From NCBI RefSeq assembly GCF_000011805.1, contig NC_006841.2: a stretch of 32,000 nucleotides of DNA, one strand, 5' to 3'. The DNA comes from Aliivibrio fischeri ES114 (lineage in GTDB: Bacteria; Pseudomonadota; Gammaproteobacteria; Enterobacterales; Vibrionaceae). Below are positions 1 to 8,921 of the stretch, piece by piece. The notes beneath the pieces are model-generated. The model did no database searches and was not told the DNA's origin. It saw nothing but the letters and a program-made list of their open reading frames with translations. Both the position numbers and the translations under genes were made by a program. The first letter of the stretch is position 1; the number at the start of each line of letters is the position of its first letter.

Positions 1-196
1 ACTATGAAAACAATTGTACAGCATAAAAGCAATAATTCAACAAATAGCTGAACATGAATTTAATTATGTGATATTCATTAAAAAAGAAATTTTAAATATC
101 AAAGCTGGCATTTACAGATAAAAAACACTAAAAATAATCAAGATAATTACGAGGAAAGTAACTTAAATTTAAAGTGTTACAGCGTCACTAAAGTTG

Positions 197-211
197 ATTT
201 ACAGTGTAAAT
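197..211. promoter_or_regulatory. parS2-type centromere site (ParB2 binding palindrome)
   Basis: Sequence ATTTACAGTGTAAAT is a perfect palindrome around a central G and matches the known Vibrio chromosome II parS2 consensus nTTTACAnTGTAAAn. It lies just upstream of the rctB origin region. Confidence 0.85.
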
Positions 212-340
212 TTTTACGGAAGCGTGAAAAATATTGGCTAAATTACGGTAAGTGTATTTTCAATTAATTTTATGAAAAAAAATTCTTAAAAATTTCGATG
301 TAATATAAGAGATATACTTGGGTCTATTTCCATCTTATCT

Positions 341-580
341 GAGTAAAATAGAAGCATGATCAAGGGGTATATTCCACAAATAAACAGGTGTAAATTGATA
401 AAATGTAAGTTCTCAGCTAAGAAGCATGATCAAGCAATAAATAGCTTCGGAAGCATGTATCTTTCTTTCTAAATTACAGAGGATGTATATCTGATAAGGC
501 TTCAGAGAAGATCAACGAAAAAATCAAATAATTCACTCAGGTTGATCTAAGAAGAATGGTACTTGATCATTCTTCTGAAA
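341..580. promoter_or_regulatory. Upstream negative-control/incompatibility-like region of ori2 carrying isolated RctB-site-like elements
   Basis: Identical 14-mers GAAGCATGATCAAG at 351..364 and 421..434 (70 bp apart), plus a reverse-orientation variant CTTGATCATTCTTC at 562..575. No supporting ORF. Position relative to iterons and rctB corresponds to the rctA/39-mer region of V. cholerae. Confidence 0.6.
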
Positions 581-723
581 TACGATTAAAACGCATTAGA
601 CTTAAGATCATCTTAATTTTATAGCTATTAATGAATTAAAAACGTATTTTCGGACTAATCTTTGGTCTTAAATGTCATCCATCAATAAAAGACACCTCTC
701 AAAAAGGGATAAAATAGAAATTC

Positions 724-732
724 TGTGGATAA
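724..732 (-). promoter_or_regulatory. DnaA box
   Basis: TGTGGATAA is the reverse complement of the consensus TTATCCACA and immediately precedes the iteron array. Confidence 0.85.
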
Positions 733-746
733 CTTGTGTTTAGACC

Positions 747-853
747 ATGATCATTCTTCAATAAAACTCATGATCATCGATTCAAATGGACGATGATCAT
801 GCTTTTGAGATTTAATGATCATTGATCCAGAGTCATAATGATCATGCTTTCAT
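747..853 (-). repeat. ori2 iteron array (RctB binding sites)
   Basis: Five ATGATC-core elements with GATC starting at 749, 772, 795, 817 and 843 (spacing 23, 23, 22, 26 bp). Examples: ATGATCATTCTTC (747), ATGATCATGCTTT (793 and 841). Adjacent to a DnaA box and followed by an AT-rich tract. Confidence 0.85.
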
Positions 854-854
854 G

Positions 855-905
855 CGTTTATTTTTTTAATTCTTTATTTTCAGTTACTTAAAAGCAAAAA
901 ACCAA
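855..905. other. Probable AT-rich DNA unwinding element of ori2
   Basis: T-rich stretch (ttattttttt aattctttat tttcagttac) directly between the iteron array and the rctB promoter region. Confidence 0.5.
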
Positions 906-960
906 CCAGATCATAGATCAATATAATCATATAGATCAGAATTAATCATAAAGATCAGTT
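906..960. promoter_or_regulatory. GATC-containing direct repeats upstream of rctB, candidate RctB autoregulatory site
   Basis: taatcatatagatcagaat (924..942) and taatcataaagatcagttt (943..961) are tandem with period 19. Additional GATC at 909 and 916. Confidence 0.45.
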
Positions 961-1052
961 TAAAAGAATAATAATTTTTTTCTTTCTTTAAAGATCCATT
1001 TCCATTAACCTATACGAAAGAATGATTAAAATACAATTAATGTCAGTTGAAA

Positions 1053-3038
1053 ATGAATCATATAAAACCTACAGATAAAGAAAAGATCTACATTCCTCTT
1101 CCAAGAGATCACAAAGGTGGACACTTATTTGAAATCCCAACAAACTTAGTTGATTGGATTTCACAGTACCAACACTTTAAAGGTGTCACCAAAAGCATTT
1201 TGGAATTAATGAATCTTATTTCTTTAAAAGGATTTTCATCTCCAGATGGTTTAGTTTCTACAACTGAAATAATTGAAACAACTGATGGTCATTTGACTCG
1301 TGCAGCAATACAGCAACGTCTACGAACGGCTGTAAACATAGGATTATTTGAACAATTTCCAGTTCGTTTTGAACATGGCCTAGCTGGAAAAACCATGCTT
1401 CATAAATTTATTAATCCTTCTCAACTAATTTCTGCACTTGGGATAACCAGTCTTAAATCAGAACAAAGCCACGAACAAGAAAAACAAAAGCGTTCAAAAG
1501 CACTAGCTCAAACACAAGTAAACCGACAATTCCTAACAGAACACGGTTTAAGTGTACCTCCTAGTATGCGTGATGAAGCTGATCAATTTGTAGTATCTCC
1601 AACTAACTGGGCTGGGATCATAGATCAAGCTTTAGCTCCACCACGAACAAGAAAAAATTATCAGAAAGCCATGGTTGCTATTTCAGGAACAAAAGCAATT
1701 ATTGAAACAAGATCTTCTAAAAACATCATGACAGTTGATGATCTTATGACGCTTTTTGCTTTATTTACTTTAACTGTTCAATATCATGATCATCATCAAG
1801 ACGATTATCATATTCAAACAAAAACAATGGGAAATAAAACACCCATTTACATTACTGATATTCTTACACTTCGTGGTAAAAAAGATTCAGGACCTGCACG
1901 GGATTCTATCCGAGAAAGTATTGATCGTATTGAATTTACAGACTTTCAATTACATGAATTAACAGGCCGTTGGTTAAGTGAAAATATGCCAAAAGGCTTT
2001 AAAAGTGATCGTTTCCGTTTCTTAGCTAGAACGATCACGGCATCTGATGAAGCACCGAAAGAAGGCAAAGATGGTGAGATCAAGATCAAACCAAATTTGT
2101 ATATTTTAGTTTGGGAGCCATCGTTTTATGATGAATTATTAACCAAAGATTACTTCTTTTTGTTTCCACCTGAAATTTTAAAGCAACATACACTAGTATT
2201 TCAGCTCTATAGCTTCTTCAGAAGCCGTTTAGCACGTCGAATGACTGATAACCTACTCCTGAGTGAAATTAATCAAAAACTCGCTCGTAACGTTGATTGG
2301 AGACGTTTTTCATTAGATCTTATTCGAGAACTAAAGAAATTAGCGAAGGATAAAGTTACTGAAGAGCTGTTTATTGTTAATTTATGGGGTTATCACTTAA
2401 CGATTTCGATGCTGGATAGTTCAGAAAAGTTGCCTGATTATCAAATTGATATTCGTTGTGATCCTGAAGAGGTAATTCGATACTCTCGTGCAAGAACAAC
2501 GAATGCTGGAAAGCGTAATATGGCACCAACAATGCCAAACCCTTTACGTAACGAGATCATGCCAAAGCAAGACCTTGATCAGCTTTCCACGATCATTGAT
2601 GGTGAATTTGAGCCTATTAAACGCAATGATCCAAGTAAGAGTGGCCGTTTAGGCCGTAGGGTTAAGCTACGTAAACATTCAGCTGAAATTAATGCTGATG
2701 AATTAACTATCACATTAACCAAATACACGTCAGAGCAAGCGTTAGAGCGCAGTATTACGGCTTTATCTGCTATGACAGGACATAGTTCATCCTCTATTTC
2801 TGATGAGTGCAAAGAACTATTAGATAAACTAGATTATTTAAAAGTTGCTGGTGAGATCTTACCTTACGAAACATTAAGTAAGACGATTGAATTTTATAAT
2901 AGTCAAGATCATGGCAAGCATTTATCCATTGAAAACTTGATCTCTGGATTAGCTGTACGCAGAAAGATCTGTAAGTTGGTTTATGCACAGAACTATGATC
3001 AAGATGTACTGCATGCATTAGATGAAATGGCAGGGTAG
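1053..3038 (+). CDS. rctB: Chromosome II replication initiator RctB
   Basis: ORF track gives 1047 (TTG) as start; ATG at 1053 is in frame. Protein contains long segments characteristic of RctB (KRSKALAQTQVN, DEADQFVVSPTNWAGIIDQALAPPRTRK, SSKNIMTVDDLMTLFALFTLTVQYHDHHQDDYH, NMAPTMPNPLRNE, HLSIENLISGLAVRRKICKL). Context with iterons agrees. Confidence 0.97.
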   Translation: MNHIKPTDKEKIYIPLPRDHKGGHLFEIPTNLVDWISQYQHFKGVTKSILELMNLISLKGFSSPDGLVSTTEIIETTDGHLTRAAIQQRLRTAVNIGLFEQFPVRFEHGLAGKTMLHKFINPSQLISALGITSLKSEQSHEQEKQKRSKALAQTQVNRQFLTEHGLSVPPSMRDEADQFVVSPTNWAGIIDQALAPPRTRKNYQKAMVAISGTKAIIETRSSKNIMTVDDLMTLFALFTLTVQYHDHHQDDYHIQTKTMGNKTPIYITDILTLRGKKDSGPARDSIRESIDRIEFTDFQLHELTGRWLSENMPKGFKSDRFRFLARTITASDEAPKEGKDGEIKIKPNLYILVWEPSFYDELLTKDYFFLFPPEILKQHTLVFQLYSFFRSRLARRMTDNLLLSEINQKLARNVDWRRFSLDLIRELKKLAKDKVTEELFIVNLWGYHLTISMLDSSEKLPDYQIDIRCDPEEVIRYSRARTTNAGKRNMAPTMPNPLRNEIMPKQDLDQLSTIIDGEFEPIKRNDPSKSGRLGRRVKLRKHSAEINADELTITLTKYTSEQALERSITALSAMTGHSSSSISDECKELLDKLDYLKVAGEILPYETLSKTIEFYNSQDHGKHLSIENLISGLAVRRKICKLVYAQNYDQDVLHALDEMAG

Positions 3039-3202
3039 TCAATATATTGACATGCTTATGGCTGTTTATTGACAATATGATGACATAAAGAAAAGGGGAG
3101 AGGCTATTATTACTAACGAATAGACAACCTTTGTCCTTTACCAATCGAAAGATTGGCTCATATTGTTACACATCTTACTTTTATTGTTTAAATAATTGTA
3201 TT

Positions 3203-3229
3203 GGCGAGCCTCAGAGCTCGCCGTTTTTT
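3203..3229 (+). terminator. Rho-independent terminator
   Basis: GGCGAGC-ctcaga-GCTCGCC stem (3203..3209/3216..3222) followed by GTTTTTTT. Confidence 0.8.
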
Positions 3230-3274
3230 TATCTGCAATAAATCATTTTTACATTCTCCGTATCCTATGACTCC

Positions 3275-3288
3275 ATGATCATTCTTCC
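3275..3288 (-). repeat. RctB-iteron-like element downstream of rctB
   Basis: ATGATCATTCTTCC shares ATGATCATTCTTC exactly with the iteron at 747..759. Confidence 0.5.
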
Positions 3289-3387
3289 ATTGAAAAATAA
3301 GGTGTTAGAGCGTTCGATACTCGTAATTATGAACAATTTTTATTACTCTATACGCCTATTTATTTTCTATTATTGAGATGACTTCCT

Positions 3388-3735
3388 ATGATTGAGCGCC
3401 AAGAAACAAAACAACGCATGAGCCGCATTGTAAAACACAATGGAACGATTTATTTGTGTGGTCAAGTATGTGCTGATGCAACAAAAGACATCACTGAACA
3501 GACACAAACTATGCTAGATAAGGTGGATCTTCTGTTAGAGCAAGCTGGAAGTTCTCGTGAGCATATGCTGTCAGCTACGATCTACATTAAAGATATGAAA
3601 GATTTTGCTGAAATGAATGCGGTATGGGATGCATGGGTTCCTGAAGGCCATGCACCAGCACGTGCATGTGTTGAAGCAAGTATGGCTCGTGAGGCTTTAT
3701 TGGTTGAGATCTCAGTTATCGCGGCTGAAAAGTAA
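3388..3735 (+). CDS. RidA/YjgF family protein
   Basis: [59 protein letters not shown]...[24 protein letters not shown] is the Rid-family fold signature. Confidence 0.9.
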   Translation: MIERQETKQRMSRIVKHNGTIYLCGQVCADATKDITEQTQTMLDKVDLLLEQAGSSREHMLSATIYIKDMKDFAEMNAVWDAWVPEGHAPARACVEASMAREALLVEISVIAAEK

Positions 3736-3793
3736 TATAAATTAAGTGATTACCAATTTATATTGGTGATCACTGCTTTTTTAATCAAACATA

Positions 3794-3908
3794 CTTGATC
3801 ATCTTTCCGTAATTCTTCTGTTTTATTTGATCTCTGTCTTCTTACACCTTGATCATGTTTCTGTGAACAGTATAAGATCTATATTGTTTTGTCATGATCA
3901 TGCTTCTG
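3794..3908 (-). repeat. Second cluster of RctB-iteron-like GATC elements
   Basis: CTTGATCATCTTTCC (3794), CTTGATCATGTTTCTG (3848), ATGATCATGCTTCTG (3894, one mismatch to the origin iteron ATGATCATGCTTTTG at 793), plus GATC at 3829 and 3876. Same orientation as the ori2 array. Confidence 0.5.
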
Positions 3909-4044
3909 TTCTTATTCACTATCTTGTTATTTTTTATCACTATCTATTTCATATATAAGAAATTTAATGCCTCTGACATTTCTCTAACATAACGCCTTAT
4001 TTATTCCGTACACTGCCCGCTTCTTAAGTTAGTTTGGTTTTTTC

Positions 4045-5586
4045 ATGTCTGTTTTCAAATATTCACCGCTCTTTTTCTCTTTATTTTTAACTGCTTGTGG
4101 CTCTGATTCTGAAGATTCATCAGATACTTCAAGTTATTGTGATACGAGTATGGGGAGTAGGGTGAGTGAAAATGGAAGCATGAAAACAACATTTCCTAAA
4201 ATCAGCTGCCAAGTTTTAGTGAATCCGGATATGGGTTTTACTGATTTTCATTCTATTTCAATTAAAGATAACGAATGGAAGCCAGTTCCTTCATACCCTG
4301 AAACCAGTACAGTTTATTATCGCTGGGATTGGTCGGTTTTGCAGCCTACGGATGCTGATTCATTCGATTTCTCTGAAATAGAAGAAGTGGTAACTAAGGC
4401 GAAAAGTGCCAATAAAAAATTAGCTCTACGCATTGTAGCAATGGAAAATACGGGCTACGGAGCAGCAGAAAGCAAATTACCAACATGGTTAATGAACGCT
4501 ATTTCAGGAACAGATGCTCCTAATGGTGTGTTTATTCCTGATTATACGAGCTCTGAGTTTTTAACTGCGGCCAATAAGCTGATAGCTAAATTAGGAGAGG
4601 TATTTGATGATCCTGATTTAATTACAAGCATAGATATCGGTATGGTTGGTTCTTGGGGTGAGTGGAATTTAGAAGACGCTTATCCTGGTGACGGCACGTT
4701 AGGGTTATACGCTAATGGTGAGAAAGGACTATTTTCTAATTTTTCTCGTTTTTCTGAATACGCTGATATGTTCGAATTGGCGTTTACTCAAGTACCTAGA
4801 GTAATGTTAATTGGTTCAGCTAATGAAAATGAAACCTTTTTAGCTCAAGCAACAAGTAGTACAAAACCAGCAGGGTGGCGAGCCGATTGTTTAGGTGATA
4901 AGTACGGTTATTTTTCTAATAGCTGGAGCCATATGGATGAAGGCTACCCTGAGGCATTAGCAAATGCTGAACAAAATGGTTCGTCGGATATTAAAAGCAT
5001 CTGGAAACAAGCTCCAGTTCAGTTTGAAACTTGCGATGATATGACGGTATGGAAAACACATCATTCATACACAATTAACGATGTCACTGAAGTGTTTAAC
5101 TATGCGCTTGATCATCACGCATCATTGATTAACGCAAAATCAAAACCAATTCCTGATGAATTTCAACCTGCGGTTCAAGAGGTGCTTAAAAAACTCGGTT
5201 ATCGTTTTGAATTAATTTCTCTAACGCACTCTAAAGAGGTTTTAGCATCAAGTTCGATGTCTATTACTTCTGAATGGAAAAACAGTGGTGTAGCCCCTTC
5301 TTACTACCCATATCGACTTGCTTATCGTTTTGTTGATGCTTCAGGAAATGTTGAGCCAAAACAAGAGACCTCAAGAAATGTTCTTGACTGGTTGCCTGCA
5401 GAAACAAGAACGGGCACGGCTCCTGTGATTAATATTCAAGATAATATTAAGGCTCCTGCGTCAACAGGCATGTATGATTTACAAGTCGCTTTAGTAAATG
5501 ATCTTGGGGATGCACACATTAAGCTTGCGATAGACATGCCCCAAGAAAATAACTGGTACACGATTTCTAAGGTTACGATTAATTAA
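4045..5586 (+). CDS. DUF4832-like exported lipoprotein (possible glycoside-hydrolase-like fold)
   Basis: Lipobox SLFLTACGS. VYYRWDWSVLQPTDADSFDFSEIEEVVTKAKSANKKLALRIVAM resembles DUF4832/TIM-barrel glycosidase-like proteins. C-terminal beta-rich segment. Confidence 0.65.
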   Translation: MSVFKYSPLFFSLFLTACGSDSEDSSDTSSYCDTSMGSRVSENGSMKTTFPKISCQVLVNPDMGFTDFHSISIKDNEWKPVPSYPETSTVYYRWDWSVLQPTDADSFDFSEIEEVVTKAKSANKKLALRIVAMENTGYGAAESKLPTWLMNAISGTDAPNGVFIPDYTSSEFLTAANKLIAKLGEVFDDPDLITSIDIGMVGSWGEWNLEDAYPGDGTLGLYANGEKGLFSNFSRFSEYADMFELAFTQVPRVMLIGSANENETFLAQATSSTKPAGWRADCLGDKYGYFSNSWSHMDEGYPEALANAEQNGSSDIKSIWKQAPVQFETCDDMTVWKTHHSYTINDVTEVFNYALDHHASLINAKSKPIPDEFQPAVQEVLKKLGYRFELISLTHSKEVLASSSMSITSEWKNSGVAPSYYPYRLAYRFVDASGNVEPKQETSRNVLDWLPAETRTGTAPVINIQDNIKAPASTGMYDLQVALVNDLGDAHIKLAIDMPQENNWYTISKVTIN

Positions 5587-5595
5587 TGTCTTTGT

Positions 5596-5766
5596 TTAAG
5601 GCAGTCTAAGCAATAAGAAATCGTAAAGATGTATGGTCTCTGAGCGAGTTGGAGCCTGCTCATTGATTTGGTTTAATTGATGTTTAATCGTATAGATCCG
5701 AAAACCGACAATAGAGATAAGAATAAATGCAATGACGTAGATAATTGTATGATTTGATATGTTCAT
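5596..5766 (-). CDS. Small single-TM membrane protein (56 aa)
   Basis: ATG at 5766 preceded by a good SD (AAGGTGG). Product MNISNHTIIYVIAFILISIVGFRIYTIKHQLNQINEQAPTRSETIHLYDFLLLRLP. The 102-aa ORF start at 5904 is likely too early. Confidence 0.55.
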   Translation of the reverse strand: MNISNHTIIYVIAFILISIVGFRIYTIKHQLNQINEQAPTRSETIHLYDFLLLRLP

Positions 5767-5943
5767 GCTGCCCCACCTTATTGAAAAATCAATGATAACG
5801 ACTGCTTGAATTAACCATATCTTAATTGTGGTTTTAATTCTGATAACTGGATTAAAAAAACAGCATAAAGTTGAACTTTTATCCAAAAAAACAGCCACTA
5901 TCATCGAGTGGCTGTTTTATTATATTTATGATAAACGTTAAGA

Positions 5944-7050
5944 TTAACGAGTTAGATACGCTGCAACGAAACGAGTAATATCAACCATATCTGATACTTT
6001 AATGAATTCTTCTGTTGTATGTACTTTTGACATACCAGTAGAAAGGTTAACCGTTGTTAAGCCTTTTTCATTAAATACGTTTGCATCTGAGCCACCACCA
6101 GTTGGTTTAGTAAACGGATCGATGTTAATGCTTTCAAACGCTTCTTTAATACTTACAACATGTGGGTTTTCATCTGCAATTTTATAAGCGTTGTATGCGC
6201 GAGTAGAGATGATTTCAATTTCAGCACCGTGTTTATCAGCTGCTGCTTTAAATGTTGATTCCATATGCTCAACTTGCTTCGCTAATTTTTCATCATCTAG
6301 AGAACGAGCTTCACCTTCAATGTACAGTTCTGGCATTACAATGTTCGTTGCTTGACCACCACGTACGACACCGATGTTAGCCGTTGTTTCTTCATCAATG
6401 CGTGATAATGTCATATTAGTAATCGCATCAGCAGCAACCGTTAGGGCATTGATGCCTTCTTCTGGAGCTAAACCTGCGTGGGCTGGACGACCTGTAATAG
6501 TTACTTTAAGGTTTTGCTGGCCAGGCGCAGATGTAATGATAGTACCAATAGGGCCACCTGAATCTAGCACGATTGCGTGGTTAGATTGAATGTAGCTCAT
6601 ATCGAAATTTTTAGAACCGTGTAAACCGCCTTCTTCATAAACGGTAAAAGCTAGCTCTAGTGTTTTGTGTTCTTGGTTGTTTTCTTTAATAACTCGAACC
6701 GCTTCCATTACCGCAGCGATACCTGATTTGTCATCGCCACCAAGAATAGTGTTACCTTTAGAGCGGATAACCCCATCTTCAATAATTGGTTCAATGCCGT
6801 TACCTGGCGTTACTGTATCCATGTGAGAGCTAAATATAATGCTTCCCTCTAATGAGCCATCCAATCGAGCATAGATGTTGAAACCATTTGATACATGCTC
6901 TGGTACTGGTAATTTTGATACGGTAAAGCCAAGCTCGCCTAATTGCTCTGCTAACGCTTCTGCAATGGCTTTTTCATTTTTTGATTCACTATCAATCTGG
7001 ATAATATCTAGAAAGTGATTTACTAAACGTTCTTGATTCACTTGAGTCAT
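5944..7050 (-). CDS. M20 family metallopeptidase, peptidase T-like
   Basis: FSSHMDTVTPGNGIEP, ILGGDDKSGIAAVMEA, VYEEGGLHGSKN, TGGGSDANVFN metal-ligand motifs of the M20/PepT-like group. Confidence 0.9.
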   Translation of the reverse strand: MTQVNQERLVNHFLDIIQIDSESKNEKAIAEALAEQLGELGFTVSKLPVPEHVSNGFNIYARLDGSLEGSIIFSSHMDTVTPGNGIEPIIEDGVIRSKGNTILGGDDKSGIAAVMEAVRVIKENNQEHKTLELAFTVYEEGGLHGSKNFDMSYIQSNHAIVLDSGGPIGTIITSAPGQQNLKVTITGRPAHAGLAPEEGINALTVAADAITNMTLSRIDEETTANIGVVRGGQATNIVMPELYIEGEARSLDDEKLAKQVEHMESTFKAAADKHGAEIEIISTRAYNAYKIADENPHVVSIKEAFESINIDPFTKPTGGGSDANVFNEKGLTTVNLSTGMSKVHTTEEFIKVSDMVDITRFVAAYLTR

Positions 7051-7275
7051 GATTTTTCTTCTTTCTTAAAGGAAACTTAAAATCACTCTAACCAAAGAAA
7101 GCGCCCAGAAAGATGAACTGAATCAATAAAAGCGCCGACAGCTTTACCATATTCATGCGTTATATCTTAATAATTAAAAGGCATAACAAATAATCAATAT
7201 TTTATAACATTTTGCAACTTTATCGATTCATATCACTCTTATCTATATATTAATAAGAAAGGTAACGAGGTTGCT

Positions 7276-8412
7276 ATGAAATCACGATTAAAAATCACAA
7301 CAGTTGCTCTACTGTTTGCTTCATTTTTTGCTGTTATAACAAGTTTCTTTTCTACCGCTGAAGACATGACTCAGCCAATGAAAGGGGACAATGAGGTTGC
7401 CACTCTTGCAGGGGGATGCTTTTGGTGCACTGAATCTGATTTAGAAAAGTTAGATGGGGTGGTGGATGTGGTTTCTGGTTATTCTGGGGGAACCCTTGAA
7501 AATCCAACCTATAAGCAAGTGTCATCAGGAAAATCGGGTCACATAGAAGTGATTCAAGTGACGTTTGATCCGAAGGTGGTTTCTTATGAACAGATCCTTG
7601 ATCATCTTTTCAGGCATATCGACCCAACAGATAATAAAGGATCGTTTGTTGATCGCGGACCTCAATATCGCCCTGCTATTTTTTATCACAATGAAGATCA
7701 GAAATTGATCGCTCAGAATTTTATGAAAGATATTGATGCAGCAGGGATTTTTCCAAAACCGTTAGCTACTGAGTTAATTGAGTATAAGACATTTTGGCCA
7801 GCAGAAGCGTATCATCAAGATTATTACAAGCGTAATCCTATTCGTTATAAGTATTATCGTCATGGTTCTGGTCGTGATAAGTATTTAGATTCTGTATTTG
7901 GTGAAGATAGAGAGGAAAATCCGAAAACATTACGTCAGTACATTACTGAATATGAAATGGCAGTTAATGTGAAGCCTTACAGTAAGCCTTCTGAAAGTCA
8001 GATCAAGAAGTCTCTGACAGAACTGCAATATTATGTAACGCAAGAAGAGGGAACAGAACGTCCATTTGATAATGCTTATTGGGATAATAAAGCGGAAGGT
8101 ATTTATGTTGATATCGTAAGTGGTGAGCCTTTATTTTCATCAACTGATAAGTATAAATCCGGGACTGGTTGGCCAAGTTTTACGAAACCAATTAATAAAG
8201 CGTACATTGTCGAAGAGGACGATTTCCAGTTATTCACTAAACGTACTGAGATTCGAAGCAAGTTTGCTGATTCACATTTAGGGCATGTTTTTAATGATGG
8301 CCCTAAGCCTACAGGTTTACGTTATTGTATGAATTCTGCTGCGATGCGTTTTGTTGCAAAAGCAGATTTAGAAAAAGAAGGTTACGGTGAATATTTGTAT
8401 TTGTTTAATTAA
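7276..8412 (+). CDS. Exported bifunctional methionine sulfoxide reductase (MsrA-MsrB fusion)
   Basis: N-terminal hydrophobic signal; MsrA active site [23 protein letters not shown]; MsrB part [40 protein letters not shown]. Confidence 0.95.
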   Translation: MKSRLKITTVALLFASFFAVITSFFSTAEDMTQPMKGDNEVATLAGGCFWCTESDLEKLDGVVDVVSGYSGGTLENPTYKQVSSGKSGHIEVIQVTFDPKVVSYEQILDHLFRHIDPTDNKGSFVDRGPQYRPAIFYHNEDQKLIAQNFMKDIDAAGIFPKPLATELIEYKTFWPAEAYHQDYYKRNPIRYKYYRHGSGRDKYLDSVFGEDREENPKTLRQYITEYEMAVNVKPYSKPSESQIKKSLTELQYYVTQEEGTERPFDNAYWDNKAEGIYVDIVSGEPLFSSTDKYKSGTGWPSFTKPINKAYIVEEDDFQLFTKRTEIRSKFADSHLGHVFNDGPKPTGLRYCMNSAAMRFVAKADLEKEGYGEYLYLFN

Positions 8413-8530
8413 ATAGGTTATAGCTGTATTTAGATTATTGTATATCAAGGGGGCTTATAAATTTTAATTTTTAGGCCTTTTCAGTTAGTCTCCCATGTAT
8501 CGTTAATACTTAATGAGTCAGTTTATTACC

Positions 8531-8833
8531 ATGAATAAGTTCAAGATAATGTTGCTTTTGCTATTTGTTGCAAATACTGTTCAAGCCAAAGAAGATAAAG
8601 AAGCATATCAGGATTGCATTTTTCAATATGTTACTGGGACTGAAGAGCCTAGTGTTTCACTAATGCTAACCAATGCGTGTAAGAAACTTTATATTGATAA
8701 CTTTATGCTAGAAGAAAAAGAGGCCAATTATAATCAATGCTTACTTGATAATCTTCAAAGTTCTAAAAATAAAGTAGCATCATTGAAAGTTAAGCAGGCA
8801 TGTGATCAGAAACATCGTAGCTTTTTCAATTAA
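8531..8833 (+). CDS. Small exported cysteine-repeat protein, hypothetical
   Basis: Signal peptide MNKFKIMLLLLFVANTVQA, followed by two similar units each containing CX20C. The track start is at 8513. Confidence 0.6.
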   Translation: MNKFKIMLLLLFVANTVQAKEDKEAYQDCIFQYVTGTEEPSVSLMLTNACKKLYIDNFMLEEKEANYNQCLLDNLQSSKNKVASLKVKQACDQKHRSFFN

Positions 8834-8921
8834 TAAATTGATGTTATTTCAGCAAATCAATAGTAAGAAAACCCCAGCTCATCAGTGGTTAAGCTAGGGT
8901 TTTTATTATATAGGTATAATT

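Noticed and set aside
1040-1078. 12-codon ORF MSVENESYKTYR overlapping the rctB start out of frame
   Set aside because: No SD and easily expected by chance. It might be a leader, but there is nothing beyond proximity to support it.
2579-3144. ORFs 2579..2812(-) and 2794..3144(-)
   Set aside because: Antisense to the highly conserved RctB frame, with low-plausibility protein composition.
7597-7613. CTTGATCATCTTTTCAG, similar to RctB-like element at 3794
   Set aside because: Lies inside the conserved MsrA coding region, is isolated and matches only partially. Likely chance in AT-rich coding DNA.
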